DNA of 57,479 bases, the filler included, from Circinaria calcarea (Eukaryota), in NCBI GenBank assembly GCA_051942165.1. It is 7 parts of 7 records of this genome, joined end to end, with 100 filler letters (N's around TTAATTAATTAA, not from the genome) between each part and the next. Parts side by side here need not be neighbours in the genome. Positions count along the whole stretch, not along the records: positions 1 to 8,134 come from JAVECS010001167.1; positions 8,235 to 16,361 come from JAVECS010001168.1; 5 more parts are not named here. One strand, 5' to 3'. The number at the start of each line of letters is the position of its first letter. Positions within the stretch are counted from its first letter, which is position 1. The position numbers and the translations under genes are program-made. Below, one piece after another: positions 1-11,795 of the stretch. The notes beneath the pieces were generated by a model. It worked only from the letters and a program-made list of their open reading frames with translations. It ran no database searches and was not told the DNA's origin.

Positions 1-343
1 TCGAGAAGTGTGGGAGGAGTCGGGTGTCACCCTTGGGCGCGTGGTCATTCATTCGTCACAACCTTGGCCGTACCCCGCGAACCTAATGATAGGGGCCGTA
101 GCGCAGACGATACCCAATGGGGAAGAGATAGTTCTGAAGCACGATCCTGAGCTGGAGGACGCCAAGTGGCTGACCTTGGATGTAGTGAGAGAGGCGCTGA
201 GGGTGGGAACGAGTGGGTTAGGGGAAGGCCCTAGCGAAGGATACAAAGCAGGAGGGCTAAGGCTGCCGCCGAGGACGGCGATCGCAAATCAATTGCTAGA
301 AGCCGTAGTAGGGGGTTTCCTAGAGGTGGAATCAAAGATGTAG
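1..343 (+). CDS. NPY1: NADH pyrophosphatase (NudC-type Nudix hydrolase), 3' part only
   Basis: End of the Nudix box (REVWEESGV) followed by SQPWPYP, the signature of NADH diphosphatases. Ends in -SKM (PTS1-like). 5' part lies outside the window. Confidence 0.9.
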   Translation, partial: REVWEESGVTLGRVVIHSSQPWPYPANLMIGAVAQTIPNGEEIVLKHDPELEDAKWLTLDVVREALRVGTSGLGEGPSEGYKAGGLRLPPRTAIANQLLEAVVGGFLEVESKM

Positions 344-1187
344 ATATAGGTGTACATATATCCATAGGAAAAACAAATAGTAGATAGATCCTAGATAGAC
401 GGGTAATAGCGAAAGACTGCACACTGACGTCAGACAGTGCATACTTTTATCACATCCAAATGGAATTGTCACGGACGAGTCCCCTGGAAAAGCCAGAAGA
501 ACCTGCTGCAAATTTCAAGAATACATTTGGCTGCCTGGACGGCAGGCATACTTCAAATCAGCGCGGTTTTCTCGAGATCATCATCGACATGGAACTAAAA
601 GGCCCAAAGCACGGTTTGAATTGACATCAAACCTGGAAGAGCATCTGGAGGAACTCCCTCAACGTAAAATCTTCTCCTAATCAAAAACGTGCATAATCTT
701 TGAACTGAATCTACTAATCAATACCCTTTCATCAAGGCCCAAGTCGTCACAACTAGATACCTGTTATAGTCTCCTGTGAGTCAAAGACCCGTTGGGGCCA
801 TTGGACGGTGCAATGACTCGGCTTTTCTATTTTGTTTCACTACCTTTGGAGGCTACCCTTAGACACAAGTTCTCCCTTCGGCCTGCGGAAGGAATACGGT
901 GGTGGAGGCTATTACGCGTTACAGTGTATCATACTCTATACTTTTATGCATGAGAATGGTCGACAGGCTTATTGAATATAGTAGATAGTTAGGTTTTGAT
1001 ATTCAGGGGGGGACCATCGATTATAGTACCATTTAAACTGGAGACATCAGCCTGCATGGACCCTTTGGACCTGCATAAGTTCTATGAACATACCATGACT
1101 ACCACCACCACCACAATTATCCGTACATAGCAAACCAACTCCTTAACCAAGATCCGCTACATTTCTCAGTAAACACCGTTCCCATCC

Positions 1188-2486
1188 CTATGACCAGAAC
1201 CAACCCATTTTCTCCTTTTTCTCTTCCTGCGTTTTGCCTTCTCCAGCTGTGGCTTCCCCCGCAACTCGTTCAGCGCTCTGTGCGGCTATAGTTGATTGAC
1301 TCTTTTGAAGGGAAGAGCGTTGCGTAGTGTGCAATGTTTCGCTGCTCTCTTCCCTGCCATCCGCGAATCGCTTTTTAAGAATTACTTTAGTGTGGACAGT
1401 GCCATTTGGCAGCATTTTGCGCTCAGTCGTGGTAAGAGTTGAGATGATTCCAGTGTGCTCATCCTCTCCCGCACGTTCGGTACTAGGTTCCAAGAGCCGG
1501 GTGGTGATGGATGATGGTGATATTGGCAACTGCCCTTGTGTACCCAGAAATCGCTCGTAAAGATCTAGCTCCGTCGTTTCATTTTCTTGTGCGTCATGCT
1601 CGAGTCGTCTTGGGTCCACCTCCTTGGCTGGGGGTGATAATTCGGTCAATCGCTCATTGCTTGCTCCGATTGGTTTAAAGGGCCCAAGTAGGCCTCGTTC
1701 CAGCATCGACCTTACCCACTCGGAGCTGCTCCCTTGCTCCTGCGGCCTTTGCTTCTCTTCCACCATTTCTCTCCCACTCTGCACAGCTAGAAGATCCTCA
1801 AAGGCATTTCTCCACTTCGCTCCATGGTGGCGGAGACGTTCTTGTCGTTCGAGTTGTAGTGGGGAGTAGGGGCTCATTGCAACAAACCCGATCGGCCATG
1901 CACCTAATGGACGGAATGCACCATCTTCATTCAAATGCCTCGGGAGCATGCCACCGCTGAAAGGCAGATCCTCTTCAAGGAGTAGCCTTGGATACGGCAA
2001 TAGCAAGCTATAAGGCCGCTGTTGTACATCTTGATGAACAGGTCGATAGGGACACCGTAACTCCTCATCTTCTTTAACAGCTACTGAGCGCGGGCTGCTG
2101 GATCTTTGCGGTAACTCATCTGTTGAAGGCCAACGGGGATTTCTCGGAACCTCCGTCTCATGGGTCTTCCTCTCCAACTTCTGACTGTATTTCTTGACTG
2201 GTATTTCGATGGCGCTGCTCGCATGATTTGCTTCATCAGGCCGTCTCGGACCCCACTCGCGGGAAGATTGTGATGAGGAGCTCCGTGGGTCGGAAGAGCG
2301 TCGGCTTTCCCCTTCGTCAGACCAGCGAGGATCATGGGAATTCGATGTGAAAGCGGAGGGCAGACCGACTATGCCACGTAAAAGGGACGACATCTGCTCA
2401 TCAGCAAAGCGACGAAAGGCAATAAATGGATTGTCGTCGACGTCGGACGGAGCATTACGTCTAGGCTCCCCATCTGTGGCACCCAT
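1188..2486 (-). CDS. Hypothetical fungal protein (~432 aa), intronless
   Basis: Long ORF; first ATG (MGATDGE) at 2486. Contains protein-like blocks NPFIAFRRFAD, SPYSPL, WRNAFEDLL, VILKKRFADGREE and ends GWFWS. Function not recognised. Confidence 0.75.
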   Translation of the reverse strand: MGATDGEPRRNAPSDVDDNPFIAFRRFADEQMSSLLRGIVGLPSAFTSNSHDPRWSDEGESRRSSDPRSSSSQSSREWGPRRPDEANHASSAIEIPVKKYSQKLERKTHETEVPRNPRWPSTDELPQRSSSPRSVAVKEDEELRCPYRPVHQDVQQRPYSLLLPYPRLLLEEDLPFSGGMLPRHLNEDGAFRPLGAWPIGFVAMSPYSPLQLERQERLRHHGAKWRNAFEDLLAVQSGREMVEEKQRPQEQGSSSEWVRSMLERGLLGPFKPIGASNERLTELSPPAKEVDPRRLEHDAQENETTELDLYERFLGTQGQLPISPSSITTRLLEPSTERAGEDEHTGIISTLTTTERKMLPNGTVHTKVILKKRFADGREESSETLHTTQRSSLQKSQSTIAAQSAERVAGEATAGEGKTQEEKKEKMGWFWS

Positions 2487-3717
2487 GGCAACAAGTGCTC
2501 TACCGACAATTTTAGGTTCGATAGAATATTCAAGTGGTTCAAAGTTCACCGAGGGATTTGTCGTGGTTTTATGGTACGAGTAGAAGAGTCGGCGGGGTCA
2601 AGTATTTCATCTCTCGAGTATGAGGCAGGCAGAGCGGATCACGTGTGTCGTCTTGCCGAGCGATCTTACATCCCACTCGCAATGAAAGGTCCTAGAAGAT
2701 AGGCAGAGTTGAGAAATCTAACTTGAGGTCGAGCTCAGTCCAGTTCTCTTGCTGGAGTTGAATTCGAAATGCTAGATGTCTGCCCTTTGTATTCTAGACT
2801 TGGAGAAAATCATCTCATCGCATCCACCAACTGGCTCGCCTTCGTTTTCACGTCACGACCTTCAGGCCCTGAACAGTGGCGGTCCCCAGACGATCATTGT
2901 GGGTGGTGTGATGCAGAAGTGTCATATTTCTTTGAATGCAACTTTCATTCACCAACTATCATGGACGTCGTGGCACGGAGGGACCTGTATATCATAGGGA
3001 AGTCGAGAGGGAAGTTGGGTATGTCTTATATTGGGTTTCTTCGGGATACGAGAAATCCTTCAACTGACGGTTGTGCTTTGAGGCTGGATGCCGAGGAGAT
3101 CAAATCAATGTTTAAGCCTAGCTAGGGACTAAGTAATTCTACCATGTACAGGACCTCTGAATCGGGGTAAGTAGAAGTCCACTCATTCCTCTCAAGTCTT
3201 CTCGCTTCATGGGCCTATCTCAATCCCCCGGAATCCCAAAGAGCTCGAAGAATGATACACGGAGCAGGCCCTCAAAGGTGATCGGGCCGTACACATCAAA
3301 GCCGAGGAGTAGGTTATCCCGCACCGTCAGAGTCCCATCGGGTCTCTGCCGGACTGGACGAAGCGGACGATAATCGAAGAACATCTGTTGACAAGAGGGC
3401 TTCGTCACGCTCAAGAGAACAGGTTGTGGGTGAAAAGTAACTGAGCGTGGTAAGGGATTTGCTGCCGAAAAGGAAAGGCGAACCTGGCTTAGAGCTTGCC
3501 AGCTTTGGTGCCCGTCTAACACGATTTTCTTTGTAAAAGAGAAGCCCGTTCCTTCTAAGGTCAAGGTTCAGTTTGAAGACGGTAAGATGTGAAGAGATTT
3601 TATGTGACTAAGTATACATCATAGCGATAAGCAGTTGCACCCACCATCTCAAGCCGCTGAAAGTCCACGTTCCGGATATGCTTCTCAATTCTCCGAGAAG
3701 ACTGGAAGCAACTAGTC

Positions 3718-5485
3718 TCATAGCTGCGCTCTCGGGCGGTCCTCATACCTAGTGATATGGTCATATTAGTAGGTTGCAAGGAACGTAATCGGGCGGTCAC
3801 CCACTTGGTCCATGCTTCGTCAAAACCGGCGGAACGAACCCAGGTGTCGCCTGTGTCTTCAACCGAATCAATAACTGTGGCAATCGTCAACATATGACTC
3901 CATTGACTGTTTAAATCGGACTAATTTACCCATATTGGCGAGTTGCGACCACATTGCCTGTTTAATTCTAAATCTTCCACTCTCTTCATATGGCTCGCAT
4001 ATTTCTTTTCCATGAGCCAAAGCTCGAATGAATTTGCTAGCATGGCCATCATCTTCATGCTCCTTGACTCTGTCGAAGATTTTCTCCCAAGAACCAGATG
4101 ATGATAACGCTTCCTTGGGCCGATAATTGACAATTTCCTCGAGGAGAGGTTGCGGTGACCTTCGGGAGGCGTACATGCATAAGTCAAGACGGCCCTTCCA
4201 CTCCAAAAGTCGAGCCTTGTTGGCATCACTGATCCAGTGCTGGTTCAGGAAGGACGAGTAAAATATTGAAGCATTCACGCAGTGCATATAGTAAAAGTCG
4301 AATTTGATCTGCTTTGGGGGGTGCTGAGCTCCGCCAGTAAAGTACGCTAAGGCGGCTTTCGATCAGTCTTTTCCCTTAATGGCGTTTACCACAATAACCC
4401 ATACCTGCTGCATTGGTCATTTCCGCAGTCCTCGGCTGCAATTCGTCGATGCTGACGTTCCACTGACTCGCGTAATTGATCATTTCGTCTGATGCCCGGG
4501 CGAGTATGCCGTCCCGAATCTTATTGCCATCGTCCCAACGGGCAGCACTGCTCAATTTCCGATCCGCCCGGACTTGGTCAAGCAAGTCCACAAGACTATG
4601 AGCATCATTAGTCTTGCCACCAGCTCTTGCTACTTGTTCAGCCCCTTTGAAGAATGGAGTCAGCCAATTGTCATGAACGGCGGCCTGGGCAAGGGCCTCT
4701 GCAACAATTGCCGGCTGTTTAAACTCCACACCAAACCCAAGGTGGATCAGAGGGTGGAGGAAACCTGACCCTTCGGTTAGTTCTCCTGCAAAGGAATCGA
4801 CAGAATAAAACTAACCACTATATGTCCTTACGAGCAAGTCTTCTGCTCGCTCATTCCCTTTTAAGAGATAATCGTTGATGACCTCTTCGACCCCTTTCTT
4901 GTCGATCTCATTCTGGAAGAAAACCAGATAGTCGTGGTAATACCTTTCATTTCCCAGGCACTCTTGAAAGTTGGCGGGGTCGTGGAGGTCTTCCGCAACG
5001 CCATCAATTAGGGTTTCAGCGTGTCTCTGGTACGATTTGTTGTTATCGTAGTGCCTTTGAATTGTTGCGGGTGATGCGCCCAGGGCGTAGAGTGTGAGGA
5101 CATGATGGGCGATGTGATCTACAGTAGAACGTCAGAGTAGGATGTTCGACTTGACGCAAGCATCCGTTCACGTATGGGAATGCCTGGAACAATCACTATC
5201 CTCTAAAGTCGCAAAGTGGTCGGTAGAGAATCAGGGGGTTAGAACCTAAGGAGCCCCAGACCAAAGTTCATCTTCAGAAAGTGGGTGCTAAAGTCTACAG
5301 GGTAAACAGTAAACCGAAATTTTCAGCTTACTGTGAAATCCTTCCTGATTGAAGAAGATGTGGTGTTTTTCGTGGTTTTGCTGCAAAACCTCCGAAGCCT
5401 TGGCGGCGGATTCTTCGGTGATACCCTTGACATGGAAAACGCCGACGTCTTTGATTGAAAGGTGGATTTTCGAGGCAGTCGCCAT
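3718..5485 (-). CDS. HypA / questin oxidase-like oxidoreductase (AflY-like family), multi-exon
   Basis: Manually spliced exons give HHIFFNQEGFH-NHIAHHVLTLYALGA, FLHPLIHLGFGVEFKQPAIVAEALAQAAVH, FDFYYMHCVN, DDGHASKFIRAL and WVRSAGFDEAW. A last GT-AG intron yields the terminal exon YEDRPRAQL*. Confidence 0.85.
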
Positions 5486-6192
5486 GTTGCGAGATGGGAT
5501 AGCCAATGAGCGGTTCGGGTTACCACTTAAGTCAAAATAATCCGCGAGATGCCTGTGCAGAGTTTCGATGCCGTCTACGTAGACTAAAGATATTCGGGCT
5601 TGACAAAGTCACAAGGACACCGATGTTTGCCGGTAAGAAGCCGTTGTGACCTGTGGATGATATCCGTCGAGTTTATATAAGATCAACATTGGAGCATATA
5701 TCTCCAACGAAGAATGATGTCAACTGCTTACATGGATTAGTCCTACGGCAACGGAGTTATGATTCTGGACGCCGATCGATCCGACGCTTAGAAAGCAACC
5801 GAACGCAGAGAGGCCTTGACGAAGGCCCGAGTTTTACAGCAGGTCCAGACATCCCTTCTCGGCGCATGCAATATTAGTCATGTAACCCTTCATTATAGTA
5901 TTGTGGATGGCCTAGAACATATTAGATTCTTGCCCCCGCCGCATGCCCGCTGACCAAGTCAGATGGCTTCGCTAGAGCCATAGCCCGTGTCCGCACCCAT
6001 CTAAAGCAGAACCTTAAACAAAGTCTCACGTGCCCGTAGATTTTGCGTCAGGGCGTGATGGTATCGATGCCACGCGATTCTCACTCCAAGCCCCCTGTAG
6101 TGTGCGCCGTTCGCTATGCTCTGCAGAAGAAAAAAATGAAAGGGGAAGTAGCACCGTATCGGGCATGATCAATTAGCGGCCGAGTGCACCGC

Positions 6193-8134
6193 TTAGAGCT
6201 CTGCCCGCTGCGCTTTTCGCTTTTGGTGTTCTCGAGCCATTTTCTTGAACAGGGGATTGTGTTTGCCCTTGAGCTCTTTATTCCTGCTCTTGTTGTATTC
6301 GATGTAGGCCTGAGGAGAGTAAAGTTAACACAGAAGAGAAATAACCGAAAAGATCAGTGGCGAAGTGCTTACCATGTCTTGGCCGCCACTCAACTCGCTA
6401 AGCATACCAGCTGTCCGCTTTGCACCTTTCCTTGCTACACTGCTCTTGCCTTTGGGGCCCCCGGATCGAGCCCCGAATAAGTCGTCATCAATCTTCTCTA
6501 CATCCGCAGATGTTTCGTTCTGTAACATGACTTCCTGAAGGAGTTCTCTCCGTTCGGCAGGGGAAGCGTACGCCAAGCCTGGTAGGTTCTCGATCCCCTG
6601 TAGATGCGTGATAACTTTGAAAGCATAGCCCTGATCGACAAGAAACGCTTGTCGTTTCGAAGAATAGTACATCTCTTGAGTGTCTTTCGATACCAACGAA
6701 TAGAAAAATGCGTTGAATCCTTCATCATTTCTGCGTTTGGCCCGCAAGATGCGACCAAGGCGCTGTGCCTCCTGCCGCCGAGAACCATAATGTGAAGAAA
6801 TCTGAATCAGGCATGTCGCCTCCGGCAAATCGAGTGAAGTATCGCCAATCTTGGAGAGAAACACGGTGTTGACCTGATCGTTGTGTTGAAAGTTCTCCAG
6901 AATACGGAGACGCTCGTTTTGGGGGGTACCACCGTATATGTATGCTTTTTTCAGCTTCAACGCATACTTCTCCAAGGCATACACGTTATCTGAAAAGACA
7001 ATGACCTTATCGCCACGCTTTTCATGGTAATCAATCAGAAACTGACAAGCCTGAAACTTCCTTGGATTCATGATATAGAGGAGCGCTCTTTTCCTGGACG
7101 ATTCTCTCAAATACTCCTGATAAAATTCCGTAGTCATTGGGCACCACACCTCCGCGCATTGTACCTTGGCAATGTGCCCTTGCTCAGCGAGCTCCATCCA
7201 GTTAGCTTCGTACAACTTTGGGCCAATCAGGAAATTGAGATCTGTGATTTTGTCGCTTGGAGGTGTCAGTGAACTCCCACAATATGATTAACAGAGTACA
7301 ACAGACCAGCTACCTACTCTTCTCGAAGCAGCGTGGCCGTGAGACCCAGCTTAGAATGGGTTGCAATCTAGAGGACGGATAAGCATTTGTTACTTTTCGA
7401 TCTAAAGGGAAAAGCTTACCGACGAAGTCACTTTTCGGAAAATACTTGCGGGAACGACGTGAACCTAAGTTTCCGGGTCAGCAGACACTCGCAGGGAACG
7501 ATCAATCCTAGGTGAACGGACTTCGTCAAGAATCTGATGGGGTGTTAGTTGCGATGCTTGATTTTAGGTAGTGCTAGGACTGGGATATACAACCATTAGA
7601 CCCCACTCCCGAGATTGTAGGAAGTCCATCATCTTTTGAGCATCGTAGGACCGCGATCGTGTTTGTGTTACCATTGAATATGTTGAAACAATAATACCAG
7701 TACTCCGTGAAAATTTCTCTTTATGATCCGAAGTGAAAATGGCAATGTCGTTGGGACTAATGTTGGACCACTTAAGGAACTCATTACGCCACTGAACCAC
7801 ACTCATGGAGCTTGTGCAAAGAACGACGACCCCTTTCTTAATCGTGCAGCCGGCTGTTATGCCCACCAAAGTCTTACCTGCGCCGCATGGTAGCACGATG
7901 ATGCCACTTCTCGCTCGGCCGTTGCTGAACATTTTGCCCAGGCTCTTTTCTTGATATTGTCTGATTAGTGTGTTGGGCTTCAGATCGATATCAAGATTAG
8001 GGTTGAGTCGATCGTTCTTGAAGTCGTATTCCTCCAGTACTGGGAAACCAAGCTCCAGGCATCTTTTTTGAACTGACTCTACGCCTTTAGCTGGAACTTC
8101 AAAAGAATGTATGTGTCTGTCATCATCGTCGTCA
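6193..8134 (-). CDS. SSL2: TFIIH helicase XPB (Ssl2/Rad25), 5'-truncated by the gap
   Basis: Walker [15 protein letters not shown] (split across microexons), [27 protein letters not shown]. Last exon reads [14 protein letters not shown]...RAEL*. Confidence 0.96.
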
Positions 8135-8234
8135 NNNNNNNNNNNNNNNNNNNNNNNNNNNNNNNNNNNNNNNNNNNNTTAATTAATTAANNNNNNNNNN
8201 NNNNNNNNNNNNNNNNNNNNNNNNNNNNNNNNNN
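8135..8234. other. Artificial contig linker (N44-TTAATTAATTAA-N44)
   Basis: 100-bp N run with a central six-frame-stop 12-mer; identical to the five other linkers. Confidence 0.98.
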
Positions 8235-8339
8235 TCTCCAACCCTTCCCCCCTCTCACTTTTCCCCCTCTCACTTTTCCTCCGAAACCATCTCAACCCTC
8301 ACTCTAATCCTCCCCACCCACGATCTCGAAGGAAAATAG

Positions 8340-8634
8340 GTTGCTGGTGGAAATAGTATGCTTTCAAATCTCGAAGGATCCCTTCACCTTTGCTCGTGCT
8401 CAGGTGCGGTATACCTCGCTTACGGATTTAAGGTTAGGGGTTGAGGTTGTGAATGGGTTGTTTTCTAACTGAGGGCTATAGAGCTTGTTGACTTACTTGC
8501 TTCGGAGTCGGTACGAAGAGGTGATTCTCTCTGCTCCGCGGCTCCTTTGCAGTCTGCTTTCTGAATTTGGGTTCCAAACCCGGGGGGGCCGGGGGGCGCG
8601 CGATAGATGGAGATGGTTAAGCGTATGGATATAA
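8340..8634 (+). CDS. Possible last two exons of an unidentified gene truncated by the gap
   Basis: Branch site and AG acceptor before 8340, GT donor at 8404, CTAAC...TAG acceptor near 8479. Spliced reading LLVEIVCFQISKDPFTFARAQ/SLLTYLLRSRYEEVILSAPRLL looks protein-like but is not recognised. Confidence 0.3.
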
Positions 8635-8937
8635 ATTATTATTCGTTCCTGCTATTACTTGTGGATTAGGGGGAGCTGGACTGGGAATGGAGAGAAGGGA
8701 GAAGAAGGATTATGGTGAATGGGAGGAATTAAGTTGTCGATATCAGAAAAACGTCCGATGGCCGCCTTTCCGCTCCTTCATGGATCAACGACCCCAATTC
8801 TTTTCATACTCTAACCCTCGCAACCTCACACGACCAAACATTTGCCGTATAAAAATGCTATCTCCTCTTTCGGCTCAACCATACAATCAACGTCCCCCCA
8901 CACTTCTCCTCCGTCCCTTCTCATTTCCCATGACCAC

Positions 8938-9537
8938 CTAAATAGCCTTCACCCACACTTCAGCCCTCTGATGCGGCAGCGCCTGCCGCATCTGCATCAA
9001 CACCAACGCCATTCCCGTGATCCCATCGCTGATAAACCTCGCGCCCTGCGAACCCAGGTGCTGTACGAATTCCCAGTGACCGTCGCTCCTTTGGCGGTAG
9101 AGTTTGAAAAAGACTATTTTGATCATCAGCCAAAAGGTGATGATATAGGGGGAATGAAGGTAAAATAACATACTGGTGGCTTCAGCCTCCAGACCTCTCC
9201 TAAATTCCTCGATCCAATTTAAAGCATAAGCTCCCGCGGGCAGGTAGAAGATCTTGGAGCGGATGCCGTTGTCGAGGTTAGGGGAGAGTCCGGAAGGTGA
9301 CTGCGGTGAGATATAGTAGCAGATTCCATTGCCGCGGGTGGATAGTAGCTGGGGTTGGACATCGTTTAGGTTGAGGGCAGTGTTAGGTCGGTGGAAAGTG
9401 AGGGAGCGGGGGCGTCTGCCGATCCGGATTATGGGCGCTCGGAGGCAGTGGGGCCTTGCGTCGCCAGGAGAAGGGCTATTGATGATGGAGAGGCAGAGGA
9501 GGAGGGAGAGGGTGAATAGGGTTGGGAGAATATGCAT
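8938..9537 (-). CDS. Small putative secreted protein of unknown function
   Basis: ATG start with a hydrophobic signal-like N-terminus (MHILPTLFTLSLLLCLSII). Contains a probable 60-nt in-frame intron at 9114-9173 (GTATGT...GCTGAT...TAG). Confidence 0.55.
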   Translation of the reverse strand: MHILPTLFTLSLLLCLSIINSPSPGDARPHCLRAPIIRIGRRPRSLTFHRPNTALNLNDVQPQLLSTRGNGICYYISPQSPSGLSPNLDNGIRSKIFYLPAGAYALNWIEEFRRGLEAEATSMLFYLHSPYIITFWLMIKIVFFKLYRQRSDGHWEFVQHLGSQGARFISDGITGMALVLMQMRQALPHQRAEVWVKAI

Positions 9538-11795
9538 AGGACTGGGTGATTGGTGAAGGAGGGTTTGTGGCTGAAAATATTCAGATTAGGTAGGATGAGA
9601 AATTGGGAAGCGAGTGAAAGAGGCATTCTCTGTATGACAACTCGATAGTAAGAAGACAATGGAGCGCATGTCGTCTAGTATTTGCATCGCGTTGCAGTTG
9701 GAGCTTCCTGGAACGTCCGGGGCGGCAGAGGCGGAAGAAGGGTTGTAACTGTGGTATACTTGTTTCAGGTTTTGAGTTTGAGAACGACATCCATTTAAAG
9801 AAAGTCACCATGCAGCGCTGACAATCTACAGAGTTCGAAATTCCTGTGTCGTTGCCATGTTATGGAGCGGCCGCAAGCTCTTTGCTCCTTTACCAAGCCA
9901 GAGTCCGATGGACTCAATGTCATTCTAGCCAAGGCGAAGATCTATTTAGTAAATAGAAAATAACAGCTGTACGTATGGACAATAAGCTAAGGTCTCTGGA
10001 TGTATTGTTATACTGTCATTCTGGTCGGTTGAACTGAGCCATATCCCAAAGGAAGATCGAGCCGGAGAGAATTTCAAGGGGGTTCGACGTACGGATTTTC
10101 GATGATGGATCTCTGCTGAATGAAGAGGAATTGGCTCCGATATTAGATGCGGCTACGAGAAAAACGACGTTAGTTAGCATCTGCTACCAATCAAATCTTC
10201 CTTCGAAGCAAATCATCATGTCTACCATCTACACTTACCACCTCGGCAGTTCGCAATTACTCACCTGCTCCAAGCCAATTCAAAGATGTTCACAAGTCCG
10301 GCCAAGGTCTGGCCAAAGGCGGGCAATCCTTCCTTCTTCTCCCCAGTTTGACTTCTGCCTCCTACAATCTTCTGGTTCGATCACCTTTCTGTTCCCCCCT
10401 CCAGTCCACTCAATCCCGTGTTCCTTGATGCTTTTCATACTCCTCTCTAACCATGCTGCATACCTTCTGGGTAGGGTCCCACGAACGATGGCATGTTTTA
10501 CACCTCGAGTTCCCTCATACACCTTCAACTCCGAGTAATCACTTCACACCTATCTAGAATGCCATCGTATCCAACAATACCTTCCCAGGATGCCCAGCAG
10601 CATCCGAGATAGGCGTGACAAATTTCGAGATCCAGCTTTTCCGATCCACTGAAATATTGACTCGATATAATCAGGATTAGAGCATCCCTCGTCATCAAGC
10701 CTGATGAAACATTGAAAACCTCTGATCTGAGAATATAGAGAGGAGAGTGGACAAGACGCGACGGGTGATGTGCGAAAACTGGCTCTTCAAGCCAGGGGAA
10801 AACTTGAAGCTAGTTGCAGCCATAAAGGACAGAAATAGCTTCACGATGAATTGATCTTGGGAGACGGTGGATAACAGGACGTAGAATCCGAGCTAAAAGT
10901 GGCGTTCTGTTACCGGTTACATGGAGATCACACAGATGAACCTCCTCCGGTGTCTATGTGAGGAGTAGCTTGTAGATTTGGTTCCTGATTTCGGAGGTAA
11001 GTTGAACAACAAGACGGTACTACGAGGCCTCGAAGCCATATTGACGTAGGACAATTGAGGCGATACTGGTGATCAAGACGAAGACCATATTGTGGAATTG
11101 TTCTAATACACGTGAAGATAGCTGAAAGGTAGAAGGTTTGGGAATAAGCCACGATCTACGTTTGATATGGGGCTAGTATGTAATCGGCAAAGCCACTTTG
11201 AAGCTTTGTTTGGTAGCCGATCCCTGCGTCATTCCAACCGGGCTAAGTCTGGGAGGCCGATACTCTTCCCCACGTTCTCTTCACAGGCACTAACAACCCA
11301 CTCCATATCACGGCACTGAGGTATACGAGGAGGAAATCTGACCGGGGCCGAAGAAGACTGATGATCGGGATGATGGGGCAGCATATGACTGTAAGTATAG
11401 AGGACGCTGCTGCCCATTGGCATCCAGATCCGTCCTTTCCCCGACTTGCGCATTCCGTTCAGAGCTCCAGAAGCCTGCATCACAACGTGACAGGGCATCT
11501 CACCCACGCTTCCTAAGAGATATGAGTTTTCTCTAAAGAGCAAGTTGCTGATGCTGGCACTGGTAGATATAAACGACCAAGATTGACTCTTTACGACCCC
11601 AACTACCTAAGCTTCAAGGGTCTTTGTTTTGGCCAACATCGCCCTTATCTGGCACCCCTAATCTCACGTGCCCCAACAAGCTTTGATAATACCGGCGACT
11701 TTCAAAGGTATTCATCGAATCTCGTTAACATCATCAACCTGGCAGGGAATAAAGGCAGAAGGTTCTCCAGGGAAGGAGGAGGCCTGCTCAACAGA

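Noticed and set aside
3220..3564. 114-aa minus-strand ORF downstream of the HypA-like gene
   Set aside because: No ATG start and no recognisable motif; cannot be supported as a gene, though a decayed fragment is possible.
10020..10560. Overlapping short ORFs on both strands with a somewhat protein-like look
   Set aside because: Non-ATG starts, frequent stops and no family motif.
11583..11795. 71-codon in-frame extension upstream of the PTC1 ATG
   Set aside because: Begins at a TTG and has no recognisable targeting or conserved sequence; most simply 5' UTR.
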